From Candidatus Woesearchaeota archaeon (GTDB lineage Archaea; Nanobdellota; Nanobdellia; Woesearchaeales; ARS49): DNA of 64,000 bases. The notes beneath the pieces are model-generated. The model had not been told where the DNA came from. It searched no databases and saw nothing but the letters and a program-made list of their open reading frames with translations. The position numbers and the translations under genes are program-made. Location of the stretch: the NCBI GenBank assembly GCA_018302815.1, contig JAGVZE010000015.1, positions 2,328 to 66,327 of the forward strand, given 5' to 3'. Positions 27,858 to 37,129 of this stretch are shown in pieces; the first letter of the stretch is position 1, and the number at the start of each line of letters is the position of its first letter.

Positions 27858-28193
27858 TCATTCTTTGAATAAATCAGGCACGGATTCTCTTACCGTGCGC
27901 TCAAGGTCTGCGATAAGTTTCGGGTCTTTGAACCTGCAATCCTCGCCGATTCCGAGACAATAAATGTTCTTTGTGGCAGGGAATCGCTTGAGTAACTCTT
28001 CTTTATGTCCATACTCCATAACAAATGTGTAATGCGCCCAGTTGAGAAGCTCTTGCGTCACGGGATTTCCACCATAAAGTCCCGCGGACTTCGTTGGAAA
28101 ATGCCTTCTGAAAACAAGCTCTGCGGTCCTGCTTCTAATCTTATTGTAGCTGCAGATGAACAGAAGATGGCTGTTATCGTTGAAGTCAGTCAT
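27858..28193 (-). CDS. low-molecular-weight protein-tyrosine phosphatase/ArsC-like (LMW-PTP fold)
   Basis: P-loop LLFICSYNKIRS (CX5R(S/T)). 111 aa. Start/stop overlap with the downstream gene. Confidence 0.65.
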   Translation of the reverse strand: MTDFNDNSHLLFICSYNKIRSRTAELVFRRHFPTKSAGLYGGNPVTQELLNWAHYTFVMEYGHKEELLKRFPATKNIYCLGIGEDCRFKDPKLIADLERTVRESVPDLFKE

Positions 28194-28519
28194 GCTATTT
28201 TGTCACCGTTTTCGACTTTTCTCTCAGGAGCGAGCAAAATAGTGCCTCTCGAATCAGCCACTGCGCCAAGGATAAGAACTTCAGAAATGAACGGACCTAC
28301 CTGTCTTGGAGGGAAATTCACGACTGCAATCACTTGACGCCCAACCAACGATTCGGGAGAGTAAAGTTGGGTTATCTGCGCGCTTGACTTTTTGACGCCA
28401 AGAAGTCCGAAATCAACAAATACCTTGAACGCAGGCTTTTTGGCTTCTGGGAACTCTTCAACTTTCACAATAGTTCCTACTCGGATGTCCAATTTGTGAA
28501 AGTCTTCAATAGTTGCCAT
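28190..28519 (-). CDS. tRNA-binding protein (CsaA/Trbp111/EMAP-like OB domain)
   Basis: LDIRVGTIVKVEEFPEAKK...VIAVVNFPPRQVG matches the MetRS C-terminal/CsaA tRNA-binding domain. Start set at MATIEDF to avoid overlap with tRNA-Met. Confidence 0.7.
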   Translation of the reverse strand: MATIEDFHKLDIRVGTIVKVEEFPEAKKPAFKVFVDFGLLGVKKSSAQITQLYSPESLVGRQVIAVVNFPPRQVGPFISEVLILGAVADSRGTILLAPERKVENGDKIA

Positions 28520-28532
28520 TTTGAAAAATATA

Positions 28533-28609
28533 TGGTGGCGGTGGCGTGATTTGAACACGCGACAACCGGCTTATGAAACCGGTGCTCTGCCAGGCTGAGC
28601 TACACCGCC
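28533..28609 (-). tRNA. tRNA-Met (anticodon CAT; elongator-type, G1:C72)
   Basis: Minus strand GGCGGTG-TA-GCTC-AGCCTGGCA-GAGC-A-CCGGT-TTCATAA-GCCGG-TTGTC-GCGTG-TTCAAAT-CACGC-CACCGCC-A-CCA. The 3' CCA is genomically encoded. Confidence 0.85.
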
Positions 28610-28645
28610 GTATCGAGAACGAACGATAAAGAGTGTTTAAAAAGG

Positions 28646-29056
28646 TTATGCCAAGGCTCGCGTTATGGCCTCTTTGGCAAAGGTCATTTCTTCATTGGTG
28701 AGCTTTTGGCTCGGCCAGTGCCTAAGGCCGTCTTTCTCAAACCGTGGAATAATGTGGAAATGAGTGTGAAAAATGACCTGTCCTGCGGCGGGCTTGGTAT
28801 TGACTCCGAGATTGACTCCATCGGCTTTTACTGCGGACATCACTGCCTTGGAAATCTTTTTGGCGCGAACGATCATATCGTGCAGAACGTCATCAGGTGT
28901 TTCCAATAAGTCAGAATGGTGCTCTTTTGGAACAACAAGGGTATGACCTTTATTAACGGGAGCTATGTCGAGAAATGCGACTATCTTGTCATTCTCGTAA
29001 ACAAAATCAGCAGGAATCTCTTTCCTTATTATTTTGCAGAAAACGCAGTCGTTCAT
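28646..29056 (-). CDS. HIT-family (histidine triad) nucleotide hydrolase
   Basis: HTHFHIIPR histidine-triad motif. N-terminal CVFCKI. Start placed at MNDCVFCKII, whose ATG overlaps the upstream gene's TGA stop by one nucleotide (TGATG). Confidence 0.8.
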   Translation of the reverse strand: MNDCVFCKIIRKEIPADFVYENDKIVAFLDIAPVNKGHTLVVPKEHHSDLLETPDDVLHDMIVRAKKISKAVMSAVKADGVNLGVNTKPAAGQVIFHTHFHIIPRFEKDGLRHWPSQKLTNEEMTFAKEAITRALA

Positions 29057-29241
29057 TTCTTCGTTTTCAATACGGATTTGAGCGCATCGACATTCTCTTT
29101 GTAAGACGTCTGCCTTCTGGAATCCCATCGCAGGTTAAGCGAGCAGAACTTCTCGCAAGACATATCAGCTTCAACCATTTCCTTGCTGCTAAATCCCTTC
29201 GCTTTCCTTTGATTGCCACGGTGTACGACAATTGCTTGCAT
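29053..29241 (-). CDS. small basic hypothetical protein (62 aa)
   Basis: Sits between the HAD and HIT genes with a 1-nt overlap (TGATG) and 2-nt spacing, suggesting co-translation in one operon. No motif recognised. Confidence 0.35.
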   Translation of the reverse strand: MQAIVVHRGNQRKAKGFSSKEMVEADMSCEKFCSLNLRWDSRRQTSYKENVDALKSVLKTKK

Positions 29242-29243
29242 TT

Positions 29244-29882
29244 TTATTCCTCCACCAATTTAAGAACTTCTGTTAGCGTTAAAACCTTGTTCTCGAATTC
29301 ACGTCTTCCTTTTCTGTCGAGAAGGTAGCCCTTGATTCCTGCTTTTTCAGCGCCCATAATATCTGTCTCGATACTGTCTCCAACAGCGATGACATCACCT
29401 TTCTTGAGCTTCATTTTCTTGAGAGCATTCTCGAAGAGTCCATCGTTCTTGAGACTGCCTTCCTTGTAGCTGATGAATGTCTGATCGACCAGGTCGGTCA
29501 TCCCGAACCTTTCAAGGACAGGCTCGACATTGTTCGAAGGAGCGTTACTGATGATAGCTATCTTGATTTTCTTCTCTTTTAGCTGTTTTAAAGTATCAAG
29601 AGTGTCCGGATAGATGGATGCCATGAGGCGGTTCTTGTTCCAAACGCCGATGAGCTTATCGATAACTATTGGTATCGGACGGACATTAAAGCTGTTGCAA
29701 GCTTCAGTAAACATCAAAGCCTGATCAGCGTATTCCTTAGTCATCACAACGCGCTCAAACTGCTCGACGAACTGGCCGAACGGCACGCGAACCCTTAAAA
29801 TCTTATAGCTTTGCTTAAGCGGTGAGTACGTACCGTTCTCCACCAATGTTCCCCAAAAATCAAAGAATACTGCTTTGACCAT
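29244..29882 (-). CDS. HAD-superfamily hydrolase
   Basis: N-terminal FFDFWGTLV (DxDx(T/V)-type motif I). Motif III K..ISNAP. Motif IV GDSIETDI. Confidence 0.75.
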   Translation of the reverse strand: MVKAVFFDFWGTLVENGTYSPLKQSYKILRVRVPFGQFVEQFERVVMTKEYADQALMFTEACNSFNVRPIPIVIDKLIGVWNKNRLMASIYPDTLDTLKQLKEKKIKIAIISNAPSNNVEPVLERFGMTDLVDQTFISYKEGSLKNDGLFENALKKMKLKKGDVIAVGDSIETDIMGAEKAGIKGYLLDRKGRREFENKVLTLTEVLKLVEE

Positions 29883-30026
29883 ATGTTCACAAGAACAGGG
29901 TTGTTTTAAAAAGGTTTCGCCTTGCCACTCATTTTAAGGTCTTTTTGTAAGGCAAGGTTTAAATACTTGTATCGTTACCGATATGTTGTATCCGATATAT
30001 CGGATACGACCTATTGGAACTAACCT

Positions 30027-30530
30027 ATGGCTTGCCCGATGATACGCGGATATCTGAAGCTCATCGTATTGAAAGCTATAGCTGAAGGCCCAAAATCAGG
30101 CTATGCCTTGATGAAACATGTTGAAAATTCCACGGGAAGCAAGCCGTCCTCCGGAAGCATGTACCCCCTTCTTGAACAGCTAAAAACAGACAAGATGGTG
30201 ACCACTCGCGGCGTTGGCAGGACAACGGAATACACTCTTTCCCATATTGGCAAAACGGCTCTTGAAGAGCTTGAAGCGCAGCGAGCCAAGATAGCTGATA
30301 ATTTCGCGGACGGAATGCGAATGCTTAGCGCGCTTACAGGAGACCAAGCGCCCCAAGAGATAATCGATATGCTGCACCGCGGCGAAGTTCCATTCAAAGA
30401 GATAAATCCTGAACTTGAGAATCTCAAAAACATGCTATTCGAGCATCTTAAGGAAGGCACACTGCACGTGAACGCTCCAAGAATAAAGAAAATATTATCC
30501 AAAACCTGCAAGGAGCTCAAGACAATATGA
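30027..30530 (+). CDS. PadR-family transcriptional regulator
   Basis: Winged-helix signature GYALMKHVENSTGSKPSSGSMYPLLEQLKTDKMV typical of PadR. Overlaps the downstream ABC ATPase gene by 4 nt. Confidence 0.8.
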   Translation: MACPMIRGYLKLIVLKAIAEGPKSGYALMKHVENSTGSKPSSGSMYPLLEQLKTDKMVTTRGVGRTTEYTLSHIGKTALEELEAQRAKIADNFADGMRMLSALTGDQAPQEIIDMLHRGEVPFKEINPELENLKNMLFEHLKEGTLHVNAPRIKKILSKTCKELKTI

Positions 30531-31225
30531 AGCCAATCATTGAACTACGCAACGTATGGAAAACATACAAGATGGGCGGAACCCCAGTCCACGCACTTCA
30601 GGGAATAGACCTATCGGTTCGACCAGGAGAGTTCCTCGCAATCCAAGGACCTTCAGGAAGCGGAAAGAGCACAGCGATGAATCTTGTGGGCTGCCTTGAC
30701 GTTCCTACAAAAGGAGACATCTATCTTGACGGCAACAACATAAGCAAATTAACAGAATCCGATCTTGCGCAAATACGCGGAAAAAAAATAGGATTCATCT
30801 TCCAAAAATTCAACCTCATAGAGACATTGACCGCGCTCGAGAACGTGACGCTTCCAATGACATTCCAAGGAGTTCCAGAGCAAGAGAGGCTCAAGCGGGC
30901 AGAAAAACTTCTAAGCCAATTTGGACTTGGTGATCGAATGGATCATAAGCCGAACCAGCTTTCGGGCGGACAACAGCAAAGAGTCGCCATCGCGCGCTCT
31001 CTTGCCATAGACCCGCCAGTCATCCTTGCAGATGAACCGACAGGAAACCTTGACAGCAAGACAGGACGCGAAGTAATGGAGTTTTTGCGCGAGCTAAACA
31101 AACATTATGGAAAAACAATAGTTCTTGTCACGCACGATGATGTTCTAGCGCACGTCGCGGACAGAATAGAATTTCTCAAAGACGGCAAAATCACAAAAAC
31201 AAAAACACTACGAGGTGCGAAATGA
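30527..31225 (+). CDS. ABC transporter ATP-binding protein (MacB/LolD-type)
   Basis: Walker [11 protein letters not shown]-loop, ABC signature [13 protein letters not shown], Walker [13 protein letters not shown]-loop VTHD. Confidence 0.9.
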   Translation: MKPIIELRNVWKTYKMGGTPVHALQGIDLSVRPGEFLAIQGPSGSGKSTAMNLVGCLDVPTKGDIYLDGNNISKLTESDLAQIRGKKIGFIFQKFNLIETLTALENVTLPMTFQGVPEQERLKRAEKLLSQFGLGDRMDHKPNQLSGGQQQRVAIARSLAIDPPVILADEPTGNLDSKTGREVMEFLRELNKHYGKTIVLVTHDDVLAHVADRIEFLKDGKITKTKTLRGAK

Positions 31226-32397
31226 GAATCGGGACATTAGTATTGGCGCTTCTGCTCCTCTCTGTTAGCGCGTTAGCTATCGGGGGAGCCGAAGTCACAG
31301 CGAGCATACTCAGGTATGATCCAACGCCTGCGGAGCAGGGAAACACAGTGGACGTTTGGGTCCAACTATCAAATTCTGGAACAAAAGCAGACAGAGTAAC
31401 AATCAAATTTGTGCCCGAATTCCCATTCAGCCTGCCTGAAGGACAAGAGCAGGAGATAGATGTTGGAGTCATCGCGGCCACTGAAGCCAAAGTCGTCAAA
31501 TTCACAGTCTACGTCGACTCAACAGCACCGAATGGCGAGAGAGACATAAAATTCCTCTACAAGTACTCCTCGACAGATGAATGGGTGTACCTTGAGACCC
31601 CACTTAGTATAGAGACGCAAAACGCGGTTCTTGTCATCGAAGACTATTCGGTCGAACCAAAACTTGTCGTGCCGGGTCAAAACGCGATGGTGCGCATGAC
31701 CCTTGCAAATGAAGGCAAGATAGATGTCAAGAATCTTGACGTAAGCTTGAACCTCAACGACAGCACGTTTAGCACAATCGGCTCTGGAACCAAAAAACGA
31801 ATAGATTCAGTTCCTGCAGGAAAAAGCGTCACAGTAAGCTTCACGCTCGCATCAGACACAAGCACGCAAGTGAAACTCTACTCAATTCCTGTGGAACTTA
31901 GTTTTCAGGATGAACGCAATAAAGAATATACTGACACTGCGAAAATAAGCCTTGCAGTCAACGCGCCTCCAGAACTTTCTTTAAGCGTCGATTCAACTGA
32001 CTTCGCTTCAAAAACAAGCCCGGGAACAGTCACGCTTAAAGTCGTGAACAAGGGAGTCGTGAACGTCAAATACCTGAGCGTCACACTCGCTCAAACCGGC
32101 GATTATGAAATCTTAAGTCCGAGCAATGAAGAATATGTGGGAAACCTCGACAATGACGATTTCGAGACTGTGGACTTTGTCATAAAGCCGCTTGTCGAAA
32201 ACCCTCGGCTTTCAGTCAACGTGCAATTCAAAGACCCATATAATCTGGACTTCGCCCAAAGCTACACTATGCCTTTGAGAATAATAACTGACAAGGACCT
32301 CGGAAAAAGCTCAACCCCAATCGGGACAATCGCAGTATTGGTCCTTCTTGCGGCAGGCGGCGCGTACTGGTACAGACGGCACAAGAAAAAGCGATAA
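31222..32397 (+). CDS. cell-surface protein associated with ABC module (COG1361/CARDB-like beta-sandwich repeats, C-terminal TM anchor)
   Basis: Signal peptide, repeated beta-rich segments, C-terminal hydrophobic anchor (IGTIAVLVLLAAGGAYWY) and a basic tail RRHKKKR. Gene order matches archaeal ATPase, S-layer-like protein, FtsX-permease cassettes. Confidence 0.5.
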   Translation: MRIGTLVLALLLLSVSALAIGGAEVTASILRYDPTPAEQGNTVDVWVQLSNSGTKADRVTIKFVPEFPFSLPEGQEQEIDVGVIAATEAKVVKFTVYVDSTAPNGERDIKFLYKYSSTDEWVYLETPLSIETQNAVLVIEDYSVEPKLVVPGQNAMVRMTLANEGKIDVKNLDVSLNLNDSTFSTIGSGTKKRIDSVPAGKSVTVSFTLASDTSTQVKLYSIPVELSFQDERNKEYTDTAKISLAVNAPPELSLSVDSTDFASKTSPGTVTLKVVNKGVVNVKYLSVTLAQTGDYEILSPSNEEYVGNLDNDDFETVDFVIKPLVENPRLSVNVQFKDPYNLDFAQSYTMPLRIITDKDLGKSSTPIGTIAVLVLLAAGGAYWYRRHKKKR

Positions 32398-32418
32398 AGC
32401 AAAAGCTGGGACTACGCA

Positions 32419-33633
32419 ATGCTTAAAGATTATTTTGCCATCGCATACGGAAGCCTTAGGAAGAGATTCCTTCGCACCTCGCTCACAATGCTCGGCATTT
32501 TTATCGGCATCGCAGCAGTAGTCTCGCTAATCAGTTTAGGACAAGGCCTTTCTGACGCGATAAACCAGCAATTCGCGAGCGTCGGAACAGATAAAGTAAT
32601 AGTACAGGGCGCGTCACCCGGATTCGGACCCCCAGGTCAAACGGCAGCAGGGAAAGTTACCAAAGACGACCTAGAACTGGTTAGGCGCGTACCCGGTGTC
32701 GCAAGAGCGGCAGGACGACTGCTAAAATCAGCCACGCTCGAATTCGCAGATGAGACACGCGTTGAATTCCTTGCCAGCCTTCCACACGATCCTGAAGATA
32801 GAGACCTTGTTGTCGAAGCCAATGGGCTCAAAGTTCAATCCGGAAGGATGCTAAAAAGCTCAGATAACGGAAAAGTCCTTGTCGGCAATAATTACGCTGG
32901 CACAGATGATTTCAAAAAACCAATAGTGCCCGGAAGCAAAATCCTTCTCAATGGCGAACAATTTGATGTCGTTGGAGTTTTAAAGAAAATCGGCAGCGGA
33001 CGCGATGACAGCATAATCATGAACGAAGACGACATTCGCGAGCTCATAGGAGAAGATGAAGAATACAGCGCGGTCTTCGCCCAAGTAGGCGCAAACGAAA
33101 ACCCATCACAGGTAGCGGATAGAATCCTTCGAGCGATGCGCAAAGACCGCCACCAAAAAGAAGGATTCGAGGACGTGACTGTCAGCACGAGCGAAGAACT
33201 CATCGCCAGCATCAACACTATCATCGGAGTTGTACAAGCAGTGTTCGTAGGAATCGCGGCAATCAGTTTACTTGTAGGCGGAATCGGAATAATGAACACG
33301 ATGTACACTTCAGTGATGGAGCGCACGCGAGACATTGGCGTTATGAAAGCCATCGGAGCGCGCAATTCAGATATACTGTGGATATTCCTACTTGAAAGCG
33401 GACTGCTTGGAATGGCAGGAGGCGCGATAGGGGTCCTTATTGGAATTGCTCTTAGCACTTTCGTTGAACTCATAGGGCAGGGGATTATGGGCGATGTTCT
33501 CAAAGCATCATTTCCATGGTATCTGATAGTGGGAGCCTTGGCGTTCAGCTTCTTTGTAGGCGCACTTTCAGGAGTGTTTCCTGCACGGCAGGCAAGCAAG
33601 CTACCCCCTGTTGAAGCGCTGCGAGGCGACTAA
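32419..33633 (+). CDS. ABC transporter permease, FtsX/MacB-type
   Basis: N-terminal TM, large extracytoplasmic domain, C-terminal three-TM FtsX domain (GIGIMNTMYTSVMERTRDIGVMKAIGA). Confidence 0.8.
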   Translation: MLKDYFAIAYGSLRKRFLRTSLTMLGIFIGIAAVVSLISLGQGLSDAINQQFASVGTDKVIVQGASPGFGPPGQTAAGKVTKDDLELVRRVPGVARAAGRLLKSATLEFADETRVEFLASLPHDPEDRDLVVEANGLKVQSGRMLKSSDNGKVLVGNNYAGTDDFKKPIVPGSKILLNGEQFDVVGVLKKIGSGRDDSIIMNEDDIRELIGEDEEYSAVFAQVGANENPSQVADRILRAMRKDRHQKEGFEDVTVSTSEELIASINTIIGVVQAVFVGIAAISLLVGGIGIMNTMYTSVMERTRDIGVMKAIGARNSDILWIFLLESGLLGMAGGAIGVLIGIALSTFVELIGQGIMGDVLKASFPWYLIVGALAFSFFVGALSGVFPARQASKLPPVEALRGD

Positions 33634-34852
33634 AATGAAAGAACATCTTTGGCTCGCACTGCGCTCTCTTAGCAAACGAAGAAAACGCGCAGCGCTGACA
33701 ATGATAGGCGTCTTCATAGGAATCGCAGCGGTCGTAGCCCTCGTGTCGTTAGGACAGGGACTCTCCAAAACCATCAACGACCAATTCGAGAAAGTCGGAG
33801 CCGACAAGATAATCATACAAGCAAAAGAAAGCGCAGGAGGATTCACAGGAGAAAACGCTCCTGGACAGCTCACCGAAACAGAACTTGACATCGCGCGCAA
33901 AACAAATGGAGTTACCCGAGTCACAGGACAGCTATTTCGCGCGATAAACGTACAGTACAATGACATCCAGCGCACCATGTTTGTGGTCAGCATGCCCCCA
34001 AAAGCGCAGGACGCAGACCTTGCGATAGCAGTCAATACCTGGGAAGCAGAACAAGGCAGAATGCTAACCCACCGAGACAAGCAAAAAGCAGTCATAGGAT
34101 ACAATCTTGCGAATAAGAACACTTTTGTGCGCAATATGCGAATCGGCGATAAAATACTCGTCGGCACAGAACAATTCGAAATCGTAGGCGTACTCAAGCG
34201 AATCGGCGATCCCACTGCTGATGGAGGAATAGTAATGCCAGAAGATGACGCCCGATTAGTTCTCAACGATACGGCGAGCTATTCAATGATAATCGCCCAA
34301 AGCGCGCGAGGAGAGCACCCTGCTGAAGTTGGCGAACGAATCGAGAAAGCAATCAGGCGCGATAGGCATCAAAAAGAAGGCAAAGAAGATTTCACAGTGC
34401 AGACAAGCACGGAACTAATCGCATCATTTAACACAGTCTTCAATATTATTCAAGTAGTGTTCGTTGGCATAGCATCGATAAGCTTGTTAGTAGGAGGCGT
34501 TGGAATAATGAACACAATGTACACTGCAGTTCTCGAGCGAACACGCGAAATAGGAGTCATGAAAGCAATCGGCGCTCGAAACGAAGACATCTTGACGCTC
34601 TTCTTGATAGAAAGCGGCCTTCTTGGATTCGCAGGCGGGCTTGTGGGAGTCATAATCGGAGCAGGAATAAGCAAAATGGTGGAGTTTGGCGCCAACGCGT
34701 CTTTTGGACCGGGGACAATAGTCGCAGTATATCCTTTGTGGCTCGTCCTTGGAAGCCTTCTTTTCAGCACCCTTGTTGGCGCGGTAAGCGGCATCCTTCC
34801 CGCAAGAAGAGGTTCGCATCTTAAACCAGTGGACGCTCTAAGGTCAGAATAG
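33611..34852 (+). CDS. ABC transporter permease, FtsX/MacB-type (paralog)
   Basis: Same architecture and FtsX box (GVGIMNTMYTAVLERTREIGVMKAIGA) as 32419..33633. Overlaps it by 23 nt. Confidence 0.8.
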   Translation: MKRCEATKMKEHLWLALRSLSKRRKRAALTMIGVFIGIAAVVALVSLGQGLSKTINDQFEKVGADKIIIQAKESAGGFTGENAPGQLTETELDIARKTNGVTRVTGQLFRAINVQYNDIQRTMFVVSMPPKAQDADLAIAVNTWEAEQGRMLTHRDKQKAVIGYNLANKNTFVRNMRIGDKILVGTEQFEIVGVLKRIGDPTADGGIVMPEDDARLVLNDTASYSMIIAQSARGEHPAEVGERIEKAIRRDRHQKEGKEDFTVQTSTELIASFNTVFNIIQVVFVGIASISLLVGGVGIMNTMYTAVLERTREIGVMKAIGARNEDILTLFLIESGLLGFAGGLVGVIIGAGISKMVEFGANASFGPGTIVAVYPLWLVLGSLLFSTLVGAVSGILPARRGSHLKPVDALRSE

Positions 34853-34904
34853 TTTTCCTAAATTTGTCATAACGATTAAAAAGGGCCTTACTTTTACGCG
34901 CGCT

Positions 34905-35249
34905 ATGAGCAAATCAAGACGGATGATACTTGACTTTCAAAAAGCGAAAGGCCAAAAAATAGATGACATAATCAGCGAACTTCTTCAAGAACCCTGCAGG
35001 CAAATAAAGGAGATAGTGGTGGCAGAACTTCTTCTTGTGCGCTCTTGGCCCACCGTTGAAACAACAACCGGACAAATGCAAGGAGTTTATCTTAGCCCGT
35101 CAAGAGTGCTAACTCCAAAAGGAATCGTATTGTACGGTTCATGCGATGAAAAAATAATTCCTGAAAGCAAAAGAGAACACTTAGAAGATTATGTTAATTA
35201 TTGCAAAGAAGCAATCGATGCGATACACCTTCTCCAGCAAGGCTTATAA
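34905..35249 (+). CDS. hypothetical protein
   Basis: 114-aa ORF downstream of the permease pair. No motif. Confidence 0.3.
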   Translation: MSKSRRMILDFQKAKGQKIDDIISELLQEPCRQIKEIVVAELLLVRSWPTVETTTGQMQGVYLSPSRVLTPKGIVLYGSCDEKIIPESKREHLEDYVNYCKEAIDAIHLLQQGL

Positions 35250-35272
35250 ATTCGTATTCTCTCCCTTTTTTC

Positions 35273-35671
35273 ATGCCCGTAGCAGAAGAAAACGACATAG
35301 CGACATATCTCGTGCTAGTCAAGTCCTTGAATGCGATACTCACAAACATACGAATTGGACAAGGACCTCTTGATGTCGTTGAGAGCGTGAAAAAACAATT
35401 ACTTGTACTGGATAAGCTGCCACGAGAGGATTTTGATCAAAGGAAAATCTTGGCTGAAGCTCGGCAACGTTTATTTGATTTGTTGAAGGCAGCGGCTTTA
35501 GCCAAAGACAATCGCACGGTGCTTATCGCTTACATAAGAACGCTCGGCATACTCAACGCAAATATCGGCAAGATGATGGCAAACCCGATAGTTCTTGGAC
35601 AACTGCGAGGAGTCCTCACGTCTGCTATGAGCGTACTTGAATCTATGACTCCTATCGGCGCTGGAAAATAG
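35273..35671 (+). CDS. hypothetical helical protein
   Basis: ORF 35201..35671 trimmed to the internal Met (MPVAEEND) to remove overlap with the upstream ORF. No motif. Confidence 0.3.
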   Translation: MPVAEENDIATYLVLVKSLNAILTNIRIGQGPLDVVESVKKQLLVLDKLPREDFDQRKILAEARQRLFDLLKAAALAKDNRTVLIAYIRTLGILNANIGKMMANPIVLGQLRGVLTSAMSVLESMTPIGAGK

Positions 35672-35684
35672 AGTATTTTAGAAT

Positions 35685-36053
35685 TCAAAACAGCTTGACC
35701 CACTCGACGCCTTTCATCGCTTTTATCTTATCTAGTATTTCTTGAGGCAGTTTGCCCCAAACCTCAAAAACATATTGTCCATTCACAGTCGATGGGCCAA
35801 AAGTCCTGCAAAAAAGAAGCTCAACTATCTCTTTTTTAGTCGAAGGCTCATTCATTTGGACGCGAACGAAATATAACTCTTCCTTATCTCTTTTCAATTT
35901 GCGCTCATCTAAAAATTTGTTCAGATGCTCGGGCAGTTCCAATCTGGGAAGGGTTGTGACGTCGCCTCTCCAACCGCAGAATAGGCACTCATCAATATTT
36001 CCAATACGCTTGAATCCGCCCCACAAACAATCAGGGCAATGCTCTGCGCTCAT
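35685..36053 (-). CDS. zinc-ribbon domain protein, tandem paralog 1 of 3
   Basis: N-terminal CPDC...C-x2-CGW zinc ribbon plus about 80-aa C-terminal domain ending GVEWVKLF. ATG at 36053..36051 overlaps the TGA of the upstream paralog by one nucleotide (TGATG). The ORF track extends to TTG at 36059. Confidence 0.55.
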   Translation of the reverse strand: MSAEHCPDCLWGGFKRIGNIDECLFCGWRGDVTTLPRLELPEHLNKFLDERKLKRDKEELYFVRVQMNEPSTKKEIVELLFCRTFGPSTVNGQYVFEVWGKLPQEILDKIKAMKGVEWVKLF

Positions 36054-36430
36054 CACCAAACCTCGACTTTCTCAACGCCCTTCATGTTCTTCAATTCGGC
36101 AAGCATCGCGCTTGTGGGCTTCTTGTTCATCCTCACAATCACGCAGTCTTTGCCATCGCTAGGCGCATTGCCGCAACCATTCACGTGCAGAACGTCAATA
36201 ACATCAAACTGGATGTCCGCTCCAGCCGCATGATAAATTCTCACGTAAAATAATTTGCCTGCTTTTTTTAATGCTCTATCTTGTGCAAGAGATTCAGTCA
36301 CTTCTTCGGTAAGCCACGAACGGAATTGCTCATCGAGTTTCCCTGTCCAGCCGCACATCTGGCACTGATCATTACCATCCGCTTTTTTGAAATTACCGTC
36401 ACTGCAGTAAGGGCAAAATACGCCGCTCAT
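36053..36430 (-). CDS. zinc-ribbon domain protein, tandem paralog 2 of 3
   Basis: CPYC...C-x2-CGW ribbon. C-terminus GVEKVEVW. Same TGATG junction with the upstream paralog, inside the conserved junction sequence GTTTGGTGATGAGCG. Confidence 0.55.
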   Translation of the reverse strand: MSGVFCPYCSDGNFKKADGNDQCQMCGWTGKLDEQFRSWLTEEVTESLAQDRALKKAGKLFYVRIYHAAGADIQFDVIDVLHVNGCGNAPSDGKDCVIVRMNKKPTSAMLAELKNMKGVEKVEVW

Positions 36431-36843
36431 CACCAAACCTCAATACGCTCGATACCTATTATCGTTTTGGCTTTGGCAAGGCTCTCTTCGCTTGGCCTTG
36501 ATTCGAGCCGCATAAGGAATCCGGAAATTCCTGCGGAACTAGAGCTAGAAGAACTGCGCGCGCCAAGAACGTGCATTAACATAAATTCACTGTCATTCGA
36601 CGCATCTTTCTTCAAATAGCCGCGCACGAAAAACAACGCATTCTGCTTTTTTAAATCACGATCGCCTGAAAGCTGTTCGAGCATCTCCATAGTCGGCATT
36701 TTTCTTGGAAGGCGTTCAAAGCTGCCAATCCAGCCGCACATCTGACACTGGTCGTACGGCGATTTGAGACTGCCAAAACAAGGGCCCGCTGTTACGTGCT
36801 TGAAATCGCTCTGACCGCAGTCAGGACACATAGCTCCGCTCAT
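36430..36843 (-). CDS. zinc-ribbon domain protein, tandem paralog 3 of 3 (first in operon)
   Basis: CPDC...C-x2-CGW ribbon, Ser-rich insertion, C-terminus GIERIEVW. ATG at 36843. Confidence 0.55.
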   Translation of the reverse strand: MSGAMCPDCGQSDFKHVTAGPCFGSLKSPYDQCQMCGWIGSFERLPRKMPTMEMLEQLSGDRDLKKQNALFFVRGYLKKDASNDSEFMLMHVLGARSSSSSSSAGISGFLMRLESRPSEESLAKAKTIIGIERIEVW

Positions 36844-36885
36844 AAACCTGGCTCAATATTCTTCCTTTAAATACCCTTTCAATTG

Positions 36886-36902
36886 AACCGAAAGCTTTAT
36901 AA
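36886..36902 (+). promoter_or_regulatory. putative BRE/TATA promoter of DEAD-box helicase leader
   Basis: CGAAAGCTTTATAAGTG contains the TATA-like TTTATAA with a purine-rich BRE-like stretch upstream. It lies about 230 nt upstream of the helicase ATG. Confidence 0.35.
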
Positions 36903-36924
36903 GTGGACTTGAGGCTTATCCTCT

Positions 36925-37129
36925 ATAGAGATAGAAAGGTAGGCAGGTAAAAGCCTGTGTGTAGAGTCTTGTTCTTTTGAACGGGGCTCGCGTGGTACTA
37001 TCTTTCTGTCCACCCGTGTCTGAAATCCGCAGAAAACTATAGCGTCTTGTACGGATTTCCGAACACGTTAGAAACGCCTTGAGCGTTTCCAACGAGTGAA
37101 CCGTCGTTATGCAGGTTCGGAGAACTAAA
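36925..37129 (+). ncRNA. long structured 5' leader (candidate cis-regulatory RNA) of DEAD-box helicase gene
   Basis: About 200-nt noncoding interval with stable hairpins: GAAATCCG...CGGATTTC (8 bp, 37023-37060) and GAAACGC-CTTGA-GCGTTTC (7 bp, 37071-37089). The antisense ORF called here (36916..37347) is implausible. Confidence 0.3.
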
